From NCBI GenBank assembly GCA_965277285.1, contig OZ255721.1, positions 1,184,001 to 1,248,000 on the forward strand: a stretch of DNA of 64,000 nucleotides, given 5' to 3'. Of the stretch, positions 19,242-29,388 are shown piece by piece. Within the stretch, counting starts at the first letter, position 1, and every line of letters begins with the position of its first letter. The position numbers and the translations under genes were made by a program. Below the pieces are notes generated by a model. The model worked only from the letters and a program-made list of their open reading frames with translations. It was not told the DNA's origin and did no database searches. Origin of the DNA: Abditibacteriaceae bacterium (GTDB taxonomy: Bacteria; Armatimonadota; Abditibacteriia; Abditibacteriales; Abditibacteriaceae).

Positions 19242-20678
19242 ATGAAAATTACGCTTGTCAGTTCGCTCATCCTTTGTCTTGGCGCGCCGTTGCTTTGTTC
19301 GTGCCGCTTGACACCAGCGAAGACAGAACCGACAAACATAGCACCAACGAAAACGGCATCAATCGGTTTGGCCGACGATGCACTGATTCGGGAATCGAAT
19401 TACATCGCGGACGCGTCTTTCACGGAACAGGCGACCAATCACGGCGCGGTTCACGTTGCGGATCAAGCGTATGGCGCGATCAACGATGTGCGCATTGCGC
19501 AGTCGGGCGCCGATTGGGTGCGCCCGGGCGAAGGCGCTGTTGCTTCCATCGGGCTGATGGCGGCGGCCAAACAATTGAAAGCGACCGGCCACAACATCGG
19601 CAAATACGACCGCGTGCTGGACGCGTTTTTTCAAACCTGGCTTTTATCGCGCAAGCAGTCCGTCGATACTAAATCTGGCGACGCCGATTACGGAGGCATC
19701 ACGGAGCGGATTTATTATGATACCGCGGGCCGCAGACTTCGCGTTGATAATTTCACGGTGGCTGTGACCGGCCAGATGATTAGCGCGATGTGGAAGTATT
19801 ACGAATACAAAAAGGCGATTGGCCAAACCGCGACCGCCAACGCCTGGCTGCAAAATGCCTGGAGCTTGGCAGATAACGGCGGCCAGTTCATCAACAAGTG
19901 CTATAACCCGACCTACAAAATGGTCAAAGCGAATGCGGGCGCGTCCGATTTGTGGCTCAGCGACAGCACGATGGCATTGGTAGCAATGCGTTGTCTAAAC
20001 AAATGGGCTTCCACTGCGAAGAAAACCCAATCGTTCGATTACAACGCTTTGGCGGACAACCTCGCAACAGGTTTACAAAACATGAAAGACCCGGGCGCCA
20101 AATGGCACAACTTTTATAAGGTTCGCTTGCGTTCTGAAAATTATAAAGCGGGCTACGGCGACAGCGTGGATCAACTTTGCTTTTTGCCTTACGAAACGAA
20201 CGCTCTCGATCCCGGCGAAAATTACGCGCGCCAAATCAGCGATTGGTGGACAAACGGCGTCGATGAACTAAAAATGACGCCGCAGACGACGGACAGCAGC
20301 GATTGGCAATATTATGGCACGCGATGGCATTGGTTCTGGTCAGGTTCGCCGGACAACAGCAAACTTTATCCTGGCCCGGGTCTGCAACTCGCCAAGATCG
20401 AATGGAAATTTTTCAACAAAACCGGCGACACGACCGCTAAAGAGCGAGCGATCAAGCGTTATCAATGGGCCGCATCGAAGGATTATTCCGACCTTTGGCT
20501 GGGCGCCAATGGCGTTGTCGAATCCGGTGTTCCTAACGGCGTCATGGACTGGCGCGACTCGGACAACCGAGCTAACACAGCGGGTCAATGGGAAAGATTC
20601 GTTGATACGAGCGCTTATTTTATCGAAGTCACACTGATGGTCAATTACAACACCGACACCAAATACGTTCCCGATTGA
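19242..20678 (+). CDS. Secreted hypothetical protein, possibly alpha/alpha-barrel glycoside hydrolase-like
   Basis: Signal peptide, Trp/Tyr/Asp-rich helical sequence, in LacI-prepilin cluster; function inferred. Confidence 0.6.
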   Translation: MKITLVSSLILCLGAPLLCSCRLTPAKTEPTNIAPTKTASIGLADDALIRESNYIADASFTEQATNHGAVHVADQAYGAINDVRIAQSGADWVRPGEGAVASIGLMAAAKQLKATGHNIGKYDRVLDAFFQTWLLSRKQSVDTKSGDADYGGITERIYYDTAGRRLRVDNFTVAVTGQMISAMWKYYEYKKAIGQTATANAWLQNAWSLADNGGQFINKCYNPTYKMVKANAGASDLWLSDSTMALVAMRCLNKWASTAKKTQSFDYNALADNLATGLQNMKDPGAKWHNFYKVRLRSENYKAGYGDSVDQLCFLPYETNALDPGENYARQISDWWTNGVDELKMTPQTTDSSDWQYYGTRWHWFWSGSPDNSKLYPGPGLQLAKIEWKFFNKTGDTTAKERAIKRYQWAASKDYSDLWLGANGVVESGVPNGVMDWRDSDNRANTAGQWERFVDTSAYFIEVTLMVNYNTDTKYVPD

Positions 20679-20762
20679 AAGGTCGCGCAAGAATCCTCAC
20701 GTCAAATTCACTTGTACAAAGAACGTAAAAACGAATCGAGTACTCGATATATCATTTAGCTT

Positions 20763-21116
20763 ATGGAAAAGTTGCAACACGAAGCCGCAAAGTTGGGAAT
20801 TGGGCAGCACGAGCGACATATTTTTTTGTGCGTCGGGCCGGATTGTTGTAGCGAAAAAGTTGGTCTCGAAACGTGGGCGTGTCTCAAAAACCGCCTGAAA
20901 GAATTGAAGCTCACAGGTTCAATTTATCGCACCAAAGCGGCGTGTTTGCGCTTGTGCACCAACGGCCCAATCGCCGTCGTTTATCCCGAAGGAACGTGGT
21001 ACCACAACGTTTCGCCCGCACGCTGCGAGGAAATTATTCAGCGTCATCTGATTGGTGGCGAACCGCTTGTCGAATACGCATTCGCGCAGGCGCCACTCAA
21101 AGAAAATGATGAATAA
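20763..21116 (+). CDS. Thioredoxin-like (2Fe-2S) ferredoxin
   Basis: HIFLC...CC...[18 protein letters not shown]. Confidence 0.9.
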   Translation: MEKLQHEAAKLGIGQHERHIFLCVGPDCCSEKVGLETWACLKNRLKELKLTGSIYRTKAACLRLCTNGPIAVVYPEGTWYHNVSPARCEEIIQRHLIGGEPLVEYAFAQAPLKENDE

Positions 21117-21157
21117 GGAATACGGAATGATGAATATCGAGTACTCGAAAGTAATAC

Positions 21158-21225
21158 TTTGTCATTCTGAGCGCAACGAAGAATCTAACTGAACGTAGAT
21201 TCTTCGCTGCGCTCAGAATGACAAA
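21158..21225. repeat. REP-like hairpin family A, copy 2
   Basis: Same arms as 8121-8188 (1 mismatch), between convergent genes. Confidence 0.9.
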
Positions 21226-21266
21226 CTTGGAGTTTTGATTAACATTCATCATTCATCATTCCTTAT

Positions 21267-21875
21267 TTACGTTCTCAAGAACCCGCTGAGGAAGAACACC
21301 AAACCAATCGCGCCGACGGCGAGGCTGAGGTACCACATTGGCCGCCGTCGCGTGAGAGCAGCAATTGCGGACAGCGCGATGGCGACTTGCGTAAAAGTCA
21401 CGCAATACGCGAAAATGTGATGCTTTTTCATCAAGTCGTTGGTTTCGCCATCTTTTTCCTCACGCTCTTTTTCCAGCTTTCCGGCTTCGGTTTGCAGGTC
21501 GCCCTGCTCTTTTGTATAGCGCGCCGCTTCGGTCTTGTAGCGCGACGCTGCGCTGGCTCCCGCCGGATTCAGCGCCAAAATCGCGGCGGTTTGTTGCGCA
21601 CCATTCGCCTTGATGCCTTTGGCCTGATAATACGCCCACGTATCGGAGGCTTGCGCTTGTTTCAAGATCGATTCGTTTTTCTGCACCAGCGCTTCGTTCA
21701 CCAGCGAACCCGATTGTAACGCCGCGACTGCTGCGATGACGGCGAAAATCGCGGTCGACAGCGAAATCCAACGTGTCCAGGCGCTTTCGTGTTTTTCAGG
21801 AGTTTCGGCGCGCTCGTGCGCTTCATCCAAACGCTCCTGATCTTCGCGCACTTCGATTTCAGTTTCTTCAGGCAT
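21267..21875 (-). CDS. DUF4337-like membrane protein
   Basis: W...ISLSTAIFAV.AA, ASDTWAYYQAK.IK, QVAIALSAIAALT. Confidence 0.8.
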   Translation of the reverse strand: MPEETEIEVREDQERLDEAHERAETPEKHESAWTRWISLSTAIFAVIAAVAALQSGSLVNEALVQKNESILKQAQASDTWAYYQAKGIKANGAQQTAAILALNPAGASAASRYKTEAARYTKEQGDLQTEAGKLEKEREEKDGETNDLMKKHHIFAYCVTFTQVAIALSAIAALTRRRPMWYLSLAVGAIGLVFFLSGFLRT

Positions 21876-21987
21876 AAGTAATAAGGGATCAATGATGTAA
21901 AGATGAGGGATGAAGAATCGAGTACTCGATTCAGGAACTGTGTCGTTCGAGTCCGCTGCTTTTTCTTCATCCTTCATCTCTCATGAT

Positions 21988-22488
21988 TCATCCTTGTGGA
22001 ACTGGCATTCCCATGCCGTTGTAAATGCTTTCGATCAGTTTCTGGTTGGTTTTCGCTTCGACGTTTGTCGGATCGGCTTTCAGGGCAGCGCGATAATCAG
22101 CCAAAGCCGCGCGATATTTGATGCGAGGCGAAGCGGGTTGATCGTTCATGCGCAAAGTGCCACGTTCGGCGAGCACTTGCGCCAACTTCTTTTTGTCACT
22201 GCCTTTTTGAAGAGTTGCGATTTGCGCGTCCAAGTCTTTGGTCGACGTGAGCGTCATGTTGGTGCCCATCGACATTCCAGGCGGAACTTGCGGCATTTTG
22301 ACGCTGGGCGCAGCTGCATTTCCACCACTTGAAACGTTCTGATTGGCGATAAACGGCGTGGCCACACCCGCGACGGGCGAAGAAAGCTTGGCATTCGACG
22401 AAGTGGAATTTGTGTCAACTGGCGGCGCAATGTTGCTTGAGCAACCAGCGGCGAAAAGAACGGGCAAAGCGAAAAGATAACGTTTCAT
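21988..22488 (-). CDS. Lipoprotein with a TPR-like C-terminus
   Basis: FAAGC lipobox; KYRAALADYRAALKADPTN.EAK. Confidence 0.7.
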   Translation of the reverse strand: MKRYLFALPVLFAAGCSSNIAPPVDTNSTSSNAKLSSPVAGVATPFIANQNVSSGGNAAAPSVKMPQVPPGMSMGTNMTLTSTKDLDAQIATLQKGSDKKKLAQVLAERGTLRMNDQPASPRIKYRAALADYRAALKADPTNVEAKTNQKLIESIYNGMGMPVPQG

Positions 22489-23012
22489 AAGGTTTGAGAA
22501 GTGTTGCGCGTGCGAAAAAATGTCCACAAAGACAACAAAAATAAAGCCGTCGTGACGGCGTGCGTGCTCAGGCAAATCGGGCAGAACTTGCCCAACTGCG
22601 TTTTAGAAATCACGGTTAAAACAATCGAAGTCGCAATTCCGCAAGTTGCGAACGCCAGTTGCAGCAAACGCGCGCGTCGCTCGTCTTGACGTTGCGTTGC
22701 AGTGTTTTCTTTCCAGGTCGTAGTCAGCGCCATCAAGACGAAAAACACCATGCCCCAGATGCCCAGCGGAATGTGCAGAAACTCGGCGTACTGGCTGCCC
22801 AAAACGGGCGCGCAATCGAAGGTTTCGGTAAACCCGCAACCCGCATCGCCACCCGCCTTGATTTGTAGATGCTTCACGAGTGCATACGCCGAAGTCGCCA
22901 TTCCCGCCGCGCACAACACCAGATGCGGCCACGAAACGCGCGTTCGAGTACTCGATTGCGAATGTGAAATACTCTTTGTTTTAATTGTGGCCGCTGTTTT
23001 TGAAGGTTGCAT
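22485..23012 (-). CDS. Vitamin K epoxide reductase (VKOR) family protein
   Basis: C.....FDC..VL.S.YA...IPLG; CPIC motif. Confidence 0.9.
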   Translation of the reverse strand: MQPSKTAATIKTKSISHSQSSTRTRVSWPHLVLCAAGMATSAYALVKHLQIKAGGDAGCGFTETFDCAPVLGSQYAEFLHIPLGIWGMVFFVLMALTTTWKENTATQRQDERRARLLQLAFATCGIATSIVLTVISKTQLGKFCPICLSTHAVTTALFLLSLWTFFRTRNTSQTL

Positions 23013-23030
23013 GGGCTTGATTAAAAATGA

Positions 23031-24050
23031 TCACACGATAATCGCGTGTCCAAGAAATCCCAGAATATAAAACGTGAAAGTCGCCAACCTTTGGCCTTTC
23101 TGGTCGAAGTCAACAACGATTTGAGTTGTTGTCGCGCTCCGCCTGACAACTTGAGCGTTGACACCTTCCTGAGGGTTAATCCAAAGCTGTTTCATCTGTG
23201 CGAGAGCGTCCTTACTCTTTGAGAAGTAGTGGATAGAAGCTTTGCGAGATTGTCGCGGGTTAAAGCTTAAAGTGGTACCTGTGAAGCCTTCGTCGCCTAT
23301 GCCAAAAACACTGGCGTATCTTTGAGTACTCCTACCTTGATTCAAGTTGCACACCGCCCAATATTGCGCGTTTCGATCCACGTATTTCCATTGAGGCAGA
23401 GAATTGGAAAGAGCGCGAGCGCTTGGTTTGTGCCGCATTCTCAACAACACACTTTCCAGATAAGAACGATTGGTCGCAACGAGAAAAACGTCCTTGGCTG
23501 GACACGCGACGTAACGCTTCCAAATATCCTGTTCCTGCTTATTTTCATAAACAAGTACTTGTTGTCCGGCAAGGGTAATTCTTTGCTTTGCCTTTGCAGA
23601 AAGTGCCTTAAAAACAGAATTCAAAGGCTTTTGCGCGTTCTCTTTCACAAGTAAAATGCTGCAACCTTCATACGGCGTCATGCCCAAGTCCTTTGGAAGA
23701 CTCACTTTGCGGCTGCCTTCCATCGACAACAAGATCGTTTGATCTTGCAATTCTTTGACGAAACCGCCAGCTTGCATACTGGAAAAAGTCCAGTGGAAGT
23801 TCTGGAAATCGCGCTCCGTCGCAGGTTTGCGATAATCCTGCGGCCTTGATTGCAACTCTTGTGTTTTTATCAGAAACGGCCCGCGTGACACCAACAATGT
23901 TTCCGTATCTTGTGGCAACCACCACAAAACCTGGTCTATTGTAGGCGTTTGTTGGCGCGTCGAATTTAGCGCCGCAAAAGCCGAATGGTAACCAGTAACC
24001 AAAAGCAAAGCAAGGCACAAGAGCCATCTACCGAAATAAAAACGCTGCAT
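23031..24050 (-). CDS. Secreted hypothetical protein
   Basis: 339-aa ORF with signal peptide; lower GC than neighbours. Confidence 0.65.
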   Translation of the reverse strand: MQRFYFGRWLLCLALLLVTGYHSAFAALNSTRQQTPTIDQVLWWLPQDTETLLVSRGPFLIKTQELQSRPQDYRKPATERDFQNFHWTFSSMQAGGFVKELQDQTILLSMEGSRKVSLPKDLGMTPYEGCSILLVKENAQKPLNSVFKALSAKAKQRITLAGQQVLVYENKQEQDIWKRYVACPAKDVFLVATNRSYLESVLLRMRHKPSARALSNSLPQWKYVDRNAQYWAVCNLNQGRSTQRYASVFGIGDEGFTGTTLSFNPRQSRKASIHYFSKSKDALAQMKQLWINPQEGVNAQVVRRSATTTQIVVDFDQKGQRLATFTFYILGFLGHAIIV

Positions 24051-24065
24051 AGATTTTCTTGGCGC

Positions 24066-25781
24066 TTACAAATTGGCGTCTGTCACGGCGCCCAAATGCG
24101 CGCTCGTCACTTGCGCGGCGTATTTCGCCAGCACGCCGCGCGTATAACGTGGCGCGGGTTGTTTCCATTCGGCGCGACGACGTGCGATTTCCGCTTCGTC
24201 CACATCGAGCGTGAGAACTTTCTTTTCGGCGTCGATAGTAATTGAATCGCCGTCTTCAATCAGCGCGATGCCGCCGCCGTCGAAGGCTTCGGGCGTGACG
24301 TGGCCGACCACGAAACCGTGACTACCGCCGCTGAAACGCCCGTCGGTAATCAAGGCGACTTCTTTGCCCAAACCGCGACCCATCACAGCGGACGTTGGCC
24401 CCAGCATTTCGCGCATTCCCGGCCCACCACGCGGCCCTTCATAACGAATAACGATCACATCGCCGGACGTAATTGTTCCGTCAAGAATGCGATCCATGGC
24501 GTTTTCTTCGGAATTATAAACGCGCGCCGTGCCCTGAAAACGCAAGCCTTCCTTGCCAGAAATCTTCGCCACCGCGCCCGTTTCTGCCAGATTACCGTAA
24601 AGTACGACAAGGTGAGAATCGGCTTTAATCGGGTTATCGAGTACTCGAATCACGGTTTGATCTGTGGGATAAGGCTGCACGTCTTGCAAATTTTCCGCGA
24701 TAGTTTTTCCAGTCACGGTCAGGCAATCGCCGTGCAAAAGTCCGGCATCCAAAAGCGTTTTCATCAACGGTTTCAAGCCGCCGATTTTCACCAGGTCGGA
24801 CATCATGTGCTTGCCGCTGGGTTTCAAATCGGCCAAAACCGGAACGTTTTTGCCGACCTCGGAAAAGTCGTCGATGTTGAGCGGCACGTTGCAACTGTGC
24901 GCCATCGCCAGCAAGTGCAAAACCGCATTTGTCGAACCGCCCAGAGCGATCACAACCGTAATCGCGTTTTCAAATGCCTCGCGCGTCATAATGTCGAGAG
25001 GCCGAATGTTCTTCTCGATCAGGTTCAAGACGGTGGCTCCGGCGCGGCGACAATCGTCGTCTTTCTCCGGCGAAATGGCGGCTTGCGCGGAACTGTTCGG
25101 CAAGCTCATGCCCATCGCTTCAATCGCGCTCGCCATCGTGTTCGCGGTGTACATTCCGCCGCAGGAACCCGGGCCAGGAATCGCGCAGCTTTCGATTTGC
25201 AGCAATTCTTCGTCGTCGATGCGCTTGTTGGCGTGCGCGCCGACGGCTTCAAAAACCGAGACCACATCGACATCTTTGCCTTTGTGACAGCCCGGCATAA
25301 TCGTGCCGCCATAAACGAAAACAGAAGGCCGATTGAGGCGCGCCAGAGCCATCAGACAACCCGGCATATTTTTGTCGCAGCCGCCGATCGCCACCAGTCC
25401 GTCGAAGCCTTCGCAACCTGCCACGGTTTCGATGCTATCGGCGATGACTTCGCGCGACACCAGCGAATACTTCATGCCTTCGGTGCCCATCGAAATGCCG
25501 TCGGAAATGGTGATGGTGTTGAAAATTACGGCTTTGCCGCCGTTGTCATCGACACTTTTAGCGGCGTGATCGGCGAGTTTATTGATGTGCATATTGCACG
25601 GCGTCACCATGCTCCAGGTCGAAGCGATGCCGACTTGCGCTTTCTTGAAGTCTTCGGGCTTGAACCCAACGGCGTAAAGCATGGCGCGACTGGGCGCGCG
25701 GTCGGCACCATCGAAGACGGTTTTCGAGTACTCGCGGTGCGCCGGAGCGCTGGGATTTTGTGCGTTTTCTTGGAAGTTCAT
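24066..25781 (-). CDS. ilvD: Dihydroxy-acid dehydratase
   Basis: [43 protein letters not shown]. Confidence 0.98.
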   Translation of the reverse strand: MNFQENAQNPSAPAHREYSKTVFDGADRAPSRAMLYAVGFKPEDFKKAQVGIASTWSMVTPCNMHINKLADHAAKSVDDNGGKAVIFNTITISDGISMGTEGMKYSLVSREVIADSIETVAGCEGFDGLVAIGGCDKNMPGCLMALARLNRPSVFVYGGTIMPGCHKGKDVDVVSVFEAVGAHANKRIDDEELLQIESCAIPGPGSCGGMYTANTMASAIEAMGMSLPNSSAQAAISPEKDDDCRRAGATVLNLIEKNIRPLDIMTREAFENAITVVIALGGSTNAVLHLLAMAHSCNVPLNIDDFSEVGKNVPVLADLKPSGKHMMSDLVKIGGLKPLMKTLLDAGLLHGDCLTVTGKTIAENLQDVQPYPTDQTVIRVLDNPIKADSHLVVLYGNLAETGAVAKISGKEGLRFQGTARVYNSEENAMDRILDGTITSGDVIVIRYEGPRGGPGMREMLGPTSAVMGRGLGKEVALITDGRFSGGSHGFVVGHVTPEAFDGGGIALIEDGDSITIDAEKKVLTLDVDEAEIARRRAEWKQPAPRYTRGVLAKYAAQVTSAHLGAVTDANL

Positions 25782-25814
25782 AAGAAAAGTTTTTCTCCAA
25801 AGTTAAGACAAAGT

Positions 25815-26396
25815 TTAGGCGAAGCTGCGTGGATCGGGCAAAGGCGCGCGGACAGGTTCGTTGCGCGTTCGACCCCAATAAGATAAGGCGGTTTGCAGGA
25901 AGTTTTGCATTTCCTGCGGCGAAGCAAAACTGCGTTTGGGAAGAATGATGGCGCTACGCGTATCGAGAAACAAGAACAGATGTTCTTTGCCTTCGACGAC
26001 GTTGAGGATAGCGCGCCACGACGTGACGGATCTGCTGTTTTCGTCTTCGCTGTAAATAAAATCTGGTTGCAAATCAATGGTGCGCGGTCGCGTCAGGTTG
26101 CCGACAGTTTCCCATTCCATATTTTTCTGACGACGAAACACCTTCAGAAAAATAAAGAGCATTATCAACGGCAGGAACAAAGGCACGAGGGAGCGCAAAA
26201 GCGCCAGCGGCGTGCCGCGCGTTACGGTGTCCACTGGCCAAATGACTCGCCAGAGAAACGGCCACAAGAAAGCGAACCCAAAGCACGCGCCGAGATAAAT
26301 CCACAGCGAGTATTTGCCGCGCACGCCCTGCTGCTTGTTGGCGTATTTCTGCGCCGCAAACAAATCGGCGCCTTGAAGCGAATAAGAAATCTGCAT
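25815..26396 (-). CDS. YcxB-like membrane protein (paralog 3)
   Basis: 2 TM + ..W..I..V.E...H.FL......AIILPKRSF.S. Confidence 0.75.
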   Translation of the reverse strand: MQISYSLQGADLFAAQKYANKQQGVRGKYSLWIYLGACFGFAFLWPFLWRVIWPVDTVTRGTPLALLRSLVPLFLPLIMLFIFLKVFRRQKNMEWETVGNLTRPRTIDLQPDFIYSEDENSRSVTSWRAILNVVEGKEHLFLFLDTRSAIILPKRSFASPQEMQNFLQTALSYWGRTRNEPVRAPLPDPRSFA

Positions 26397-26402
26397 AGAT
26401 AA

Positions 26403-27017
26403 TTAGTCTACCGGCTCGGGCAGCGGCGGCTGGAGTTCGCACGGATGTTCTCGTTCCCAGAACGTCGCAGCTGTTCGATAGAAATTTTGCGCCCCTTCAT
26501 CGGAACCGAAGGCGCTTTTCGGAATCGCGTGTCCGCTGGAAGCCGTCGTCAGCAGAAAAATGTAGGTTTCGTTTTCGCCGACTTCGTGTAACGCTTGCCA
26601 ATTCATTTGCGAATCGTTGAAAGCTGTCACGACGTGCAGATTTTCCGGTGTGATTTCAATGGTGCGCGGCTGGCGCAGTTCATCGTTTTCCTGAAAATCT
26701 TTGGCGCGCTGACGCTTGTTTTTCCAGACAACACAGACGAAAATCGGTGGAAATAACCAGATTGGCATCATTGTAGACATCAGCATTGAAAGCCAGTGGT
26801 GCTGCAAGCGCATCATCCATAACATACGTTGAAACGGCGACATCCGCCAATACGGAATTGCGATGAGGAGGATTGGGAATAGAAAATATGCACTCAACGC
26901 TGCCCAGACGACTTTGCGGCTTTTGCGCTCGATGAACGCGACCAGAGCGACCTGGTCTTGCGGCTGCAGCGCATAAGTCACAGACGATCGAGTACTCGAT
27001 GCTTGTATGTAAGTCAT
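26403..27017 (-). CDS. YcxB-like membrane protein (paralog 2)
   Basis: 2 TM + W..L..V.E...YIFL......HAIPKSAF. Confidence 0.75.
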   Translation of the reverse strand: MTYIQASSTRSSVTYALQPQDQVALVAFIERKSRKVVWAALSAYFLFPILLIAIPYWRMSPFQRMLWMMRLQHHWLSMLMSTMMPIWLFPPIFVCVVWKNKRQRAKDFQENDELRQPRTIEITPENLHVVTAFNDSQMNWQALHEVGENETYIFLLTTASSGHAIPKSAFGSDEGAQNFYRTAATFWEREHPCELQPPLPEPVD

Positions 27018-27019
27018 TG

Positions 27020-27568
27020 TTAGTGCGCACTTTTCCAGTAATTTGTGGCGTTTTGCGCGAAAGTCGTCGCGTCCTCTTCGCTGGCAAAAGCGCGTTTAGG
27101 AACGACGTGCGCTTGAGAAGGAGAAATCCACAGAAAAATGTGCGTTGCCGTTTCAACCACTTTGTTGATGCCTTGCCAGCGCGTCTTGACTTCACCAGTC
27201 GCGTCCTGATGGCGCAAATACTGCGGCGTGATTTCGGTCGTTTGCGGCTCCTTGAGTGCGGGTTCGGTCTCGAACAATTTGGCGCGATCCGATTTCGCTG
27301 ACCGCAAAACAATGACAAAGAAAATCGCAAACACAATCATCGGCAAAAACAATCCCAAAATCGAAGGTAGAGCCGAATCTTCGTGAGAAACGCGCCGAAC
27401 AACGTGATGCGGCGGCACAGGCATAAAACGCATGAAGACAAACGAAAGAATCAATATGACAACCGTCATTATCAAAACAGCCGGAATGAAACGAGCGCGC
27501 GCCGTTATCTGACTTCGTGTGTCAAACAGATTCAAGTCTTCCGGCTTCATTATATACGTGACTTGCAT
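27020..27568 (-). CDS. YcxB-like membrane protein (paralog 1)
   Basis: 2 TM + W.GI.KVVET..HIFL......HVVPKRAF. Confidence 0.75.
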   Translation of the reverse strand: MQVTYIMKPEDLNLFDTRSQITARARFIPAVLIMTVVILILSFVFMRFMPVPPHHVVRRVSHEDSALPSILGLFLPMIVFAIFFVIVLRSAKSDRAKLFETEPALKEPQTTEITPQYLRHQDATGEVKTRWQGINKVVETATHIFLWISPSQAHVVPKRAFASEEDATTFAQNATNYWKSAH

Positions 27569-27677
27569 TCGAGAACTCAATTGGTCTTTCTAAGGATGCG
27601 TGCAGTTTCGCGTGAAATGAGTGCTGTCGCAAGCATCCAAAGGCAATCGAGTACTCGAAAGCGGCGCGCTTGTTAAA

Positions 27678-29030
27678 ATGACCCCAATGAATCCCGATTC
27701 CTCCTCCAAAATCGTTTGCAAGTTCGGCGGCACCAGCCTGGCCGATGCGGTGCAAATTCGCAAAGTCGCGCAGATTGTTCAATCCGACCCGCGCCGCCGT
27801 TTCGTCGTTGTTTCCGCGCCTGGCAAGCGTTCCAAGAACGATCAGAAAGTGACTGATTTGCTGCTCACAAGCTGGCATTTGGCGTCGCAGCGATTGGATT
27901 ACAAAGAACCGATGCGGCTCGTCCGCGAACGTTATGACCAAATTGCGCGCGATCTTCATGTCGCGCCCGTTGCGGCGCCTTTGCTGGAAATGCAAAACGA
28001 ACTATCGAAACTGGCGGCGGGCGATCCGAAAAGTTTGGCGACGCGCGATTGGATGGCGGCGCGCGGCGAATACTTTCACGCCTGCCTGATCGCCGAGTTT
28101 TTGGGCGCGACGTTTGTTCCCAGCGGCGATTGCATTCGCTTCGATGACGAAGGCAATCTCGACAATATCAGCTACGACAATCTCGCGGCGCGCATGACCG
28201 GCGACGGTTTGTATGTCGTGCCGGGCTTTTATGGCCGCGACCAGGAAGGCCGCATCAAAACCTTTCCGCGCGGCGGCAGCGATATCACCGGCGCCGTCGT
28301 CGCACGCGCCGTTGGTGCGAGCGTTTACGAAAACTGGACGGATGTTTCCGGCTTGCTGATGGCCGATCCGCGTGTTGTCAAAAATCCGAAACCAATCGGC
28401 GAAGTGACTTACCGAGAACTGCGCGAATTGGCTTATGCGGGCGCCAGCGTGTTACACGATCAAACGATTTTTCCAGCCAGTGAAGCCGGTATTCCGATTC
28501 AAATCAAGAACACCAATGCACCAAACGACGAAGGAACGCGCATCGTCGCGCAACGCGCAGTTGGACAGGAATCGATTGTCGGCATTGCCGGGCGCGTTGG
28601 TTTCACCACGATTGTGATTGAAAAAGCCCTGATGAATCAGCAGCGCGGTTTTGGTCGTCGCGTTCTGGAAATGCTGGAAGCGCACAACGTTTCGTTCGAG
28701 CACATGCCGACGGCCATTGATTCGATGTCGGTCGTGGTTTCCGACGAGGAATTGCAAGGAAAAGAAAGCGCCATTGTGCGCGAACTCAATCGAGTACTCG
28801 AACCCGACAAAATCGAGCTTTATCCCGATTTGGCCTTGATTGCAACTGTGGGCGAAGGCATGGCATATCGCGTCGGCATCGCCGGCCAACTTTTCGGCGC
28901 CTTGCGCAATGCGAAAGTCAACGTGCGCATGATAACGCAGGGCGCCAGCGAAATCAGCATCATCGCGGGCGTCGCAGCGAACGATTACGAACGCGCCGTC
29001 GAAGCAATTTACGAAGAATTTGTGAAGTAA
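27678..29030 (+). CDS. lysC: Aspartate kinase
   Basis: KFGGTSLAD, VVVSAPGK, RGGSDITG, ENWTDVSG, two ACT domains (QGASEIS). Confidence 0.95.
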   Translation: MTPMNPDSSSKIVCKFGGTSLADAVQIRKVAQIVQSDPRRRFVVVSAPGKRSKNDQKVTDLLLTSWHLASQRLDYKEPMRLVRERYDQIARDLHVAPVAAPLLEMQNELSKLAAGDPKSLATRDWMAARGEYFHACLIAEFLGATFVPSGDCIRFDDEGNLDNISYDNLAARMTGDGLYVVPGFYGRDQEGRIKTFPRGGSDITGAVVARAVGASVYENWTDVSGLLMADPRVVKNPKPIGEVTYRELRELAYAGASVLHDQTIFPASEAGIPIQIKNTNAPNDEGTRIVAQRAVGQESIVGIAGRVGFTTIVIEKALMNQQRGFGRRVLEMLEAHNVSFEHMPTAIDSMSVVVSDEELQGKESAIVRELNRVLEPDKIELYPDLALIATVGEGMAYRVGIAGQLFGALRNAKVNVRMITQGASEISIIAGVAANDYERAVEAIYEEFVK

Positions 29031-29117
29031 AGAATCCGGCCACAAGCAGCGGGATTTAACAACCGCTTCATTCACCGTGCGTTGGTGCTGCTCGGCTCCA
29101 TCATCGTAAACATTCTG

Positions 29118-29261
29118 CTGTGTCAGTCGCTGACTGTGTCAGTCGCTGACTGTGTCAGTCGCTGACTGTGTCAGTCGCTGACTGTGTCAGTCGCTGACTG
29201 TGTCAGTCGCTGACTGTGTCAGTCGCTGACTGTGTCAGTCGCTGACTGTGTCAGTCGCTGA
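29118..29261. repeat. Perfect tandem array, 9 x CTGTGTCAGTCGCTGA
   Basis: Nine identical 16-mers with no spacers. Confidence 0.95.
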
Positions 29262-29388
29262 TGGATGTGGCGGGTTTGCCGCTTGGAACCATCGCGCTTG
29301 TGTGGTGAGCCATTATTCTACAGCGTGCGTTTGGTCTTCGCGGGCCTATTTGCGATGAAGCGAAAACCTCGACCGCAGAGGAAAAGAT

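Noticed and set aside
29118..29261. CRISPR array
   Set aside because: Identical units with no spacers and no cas genes; this is a simple tandem repeat.
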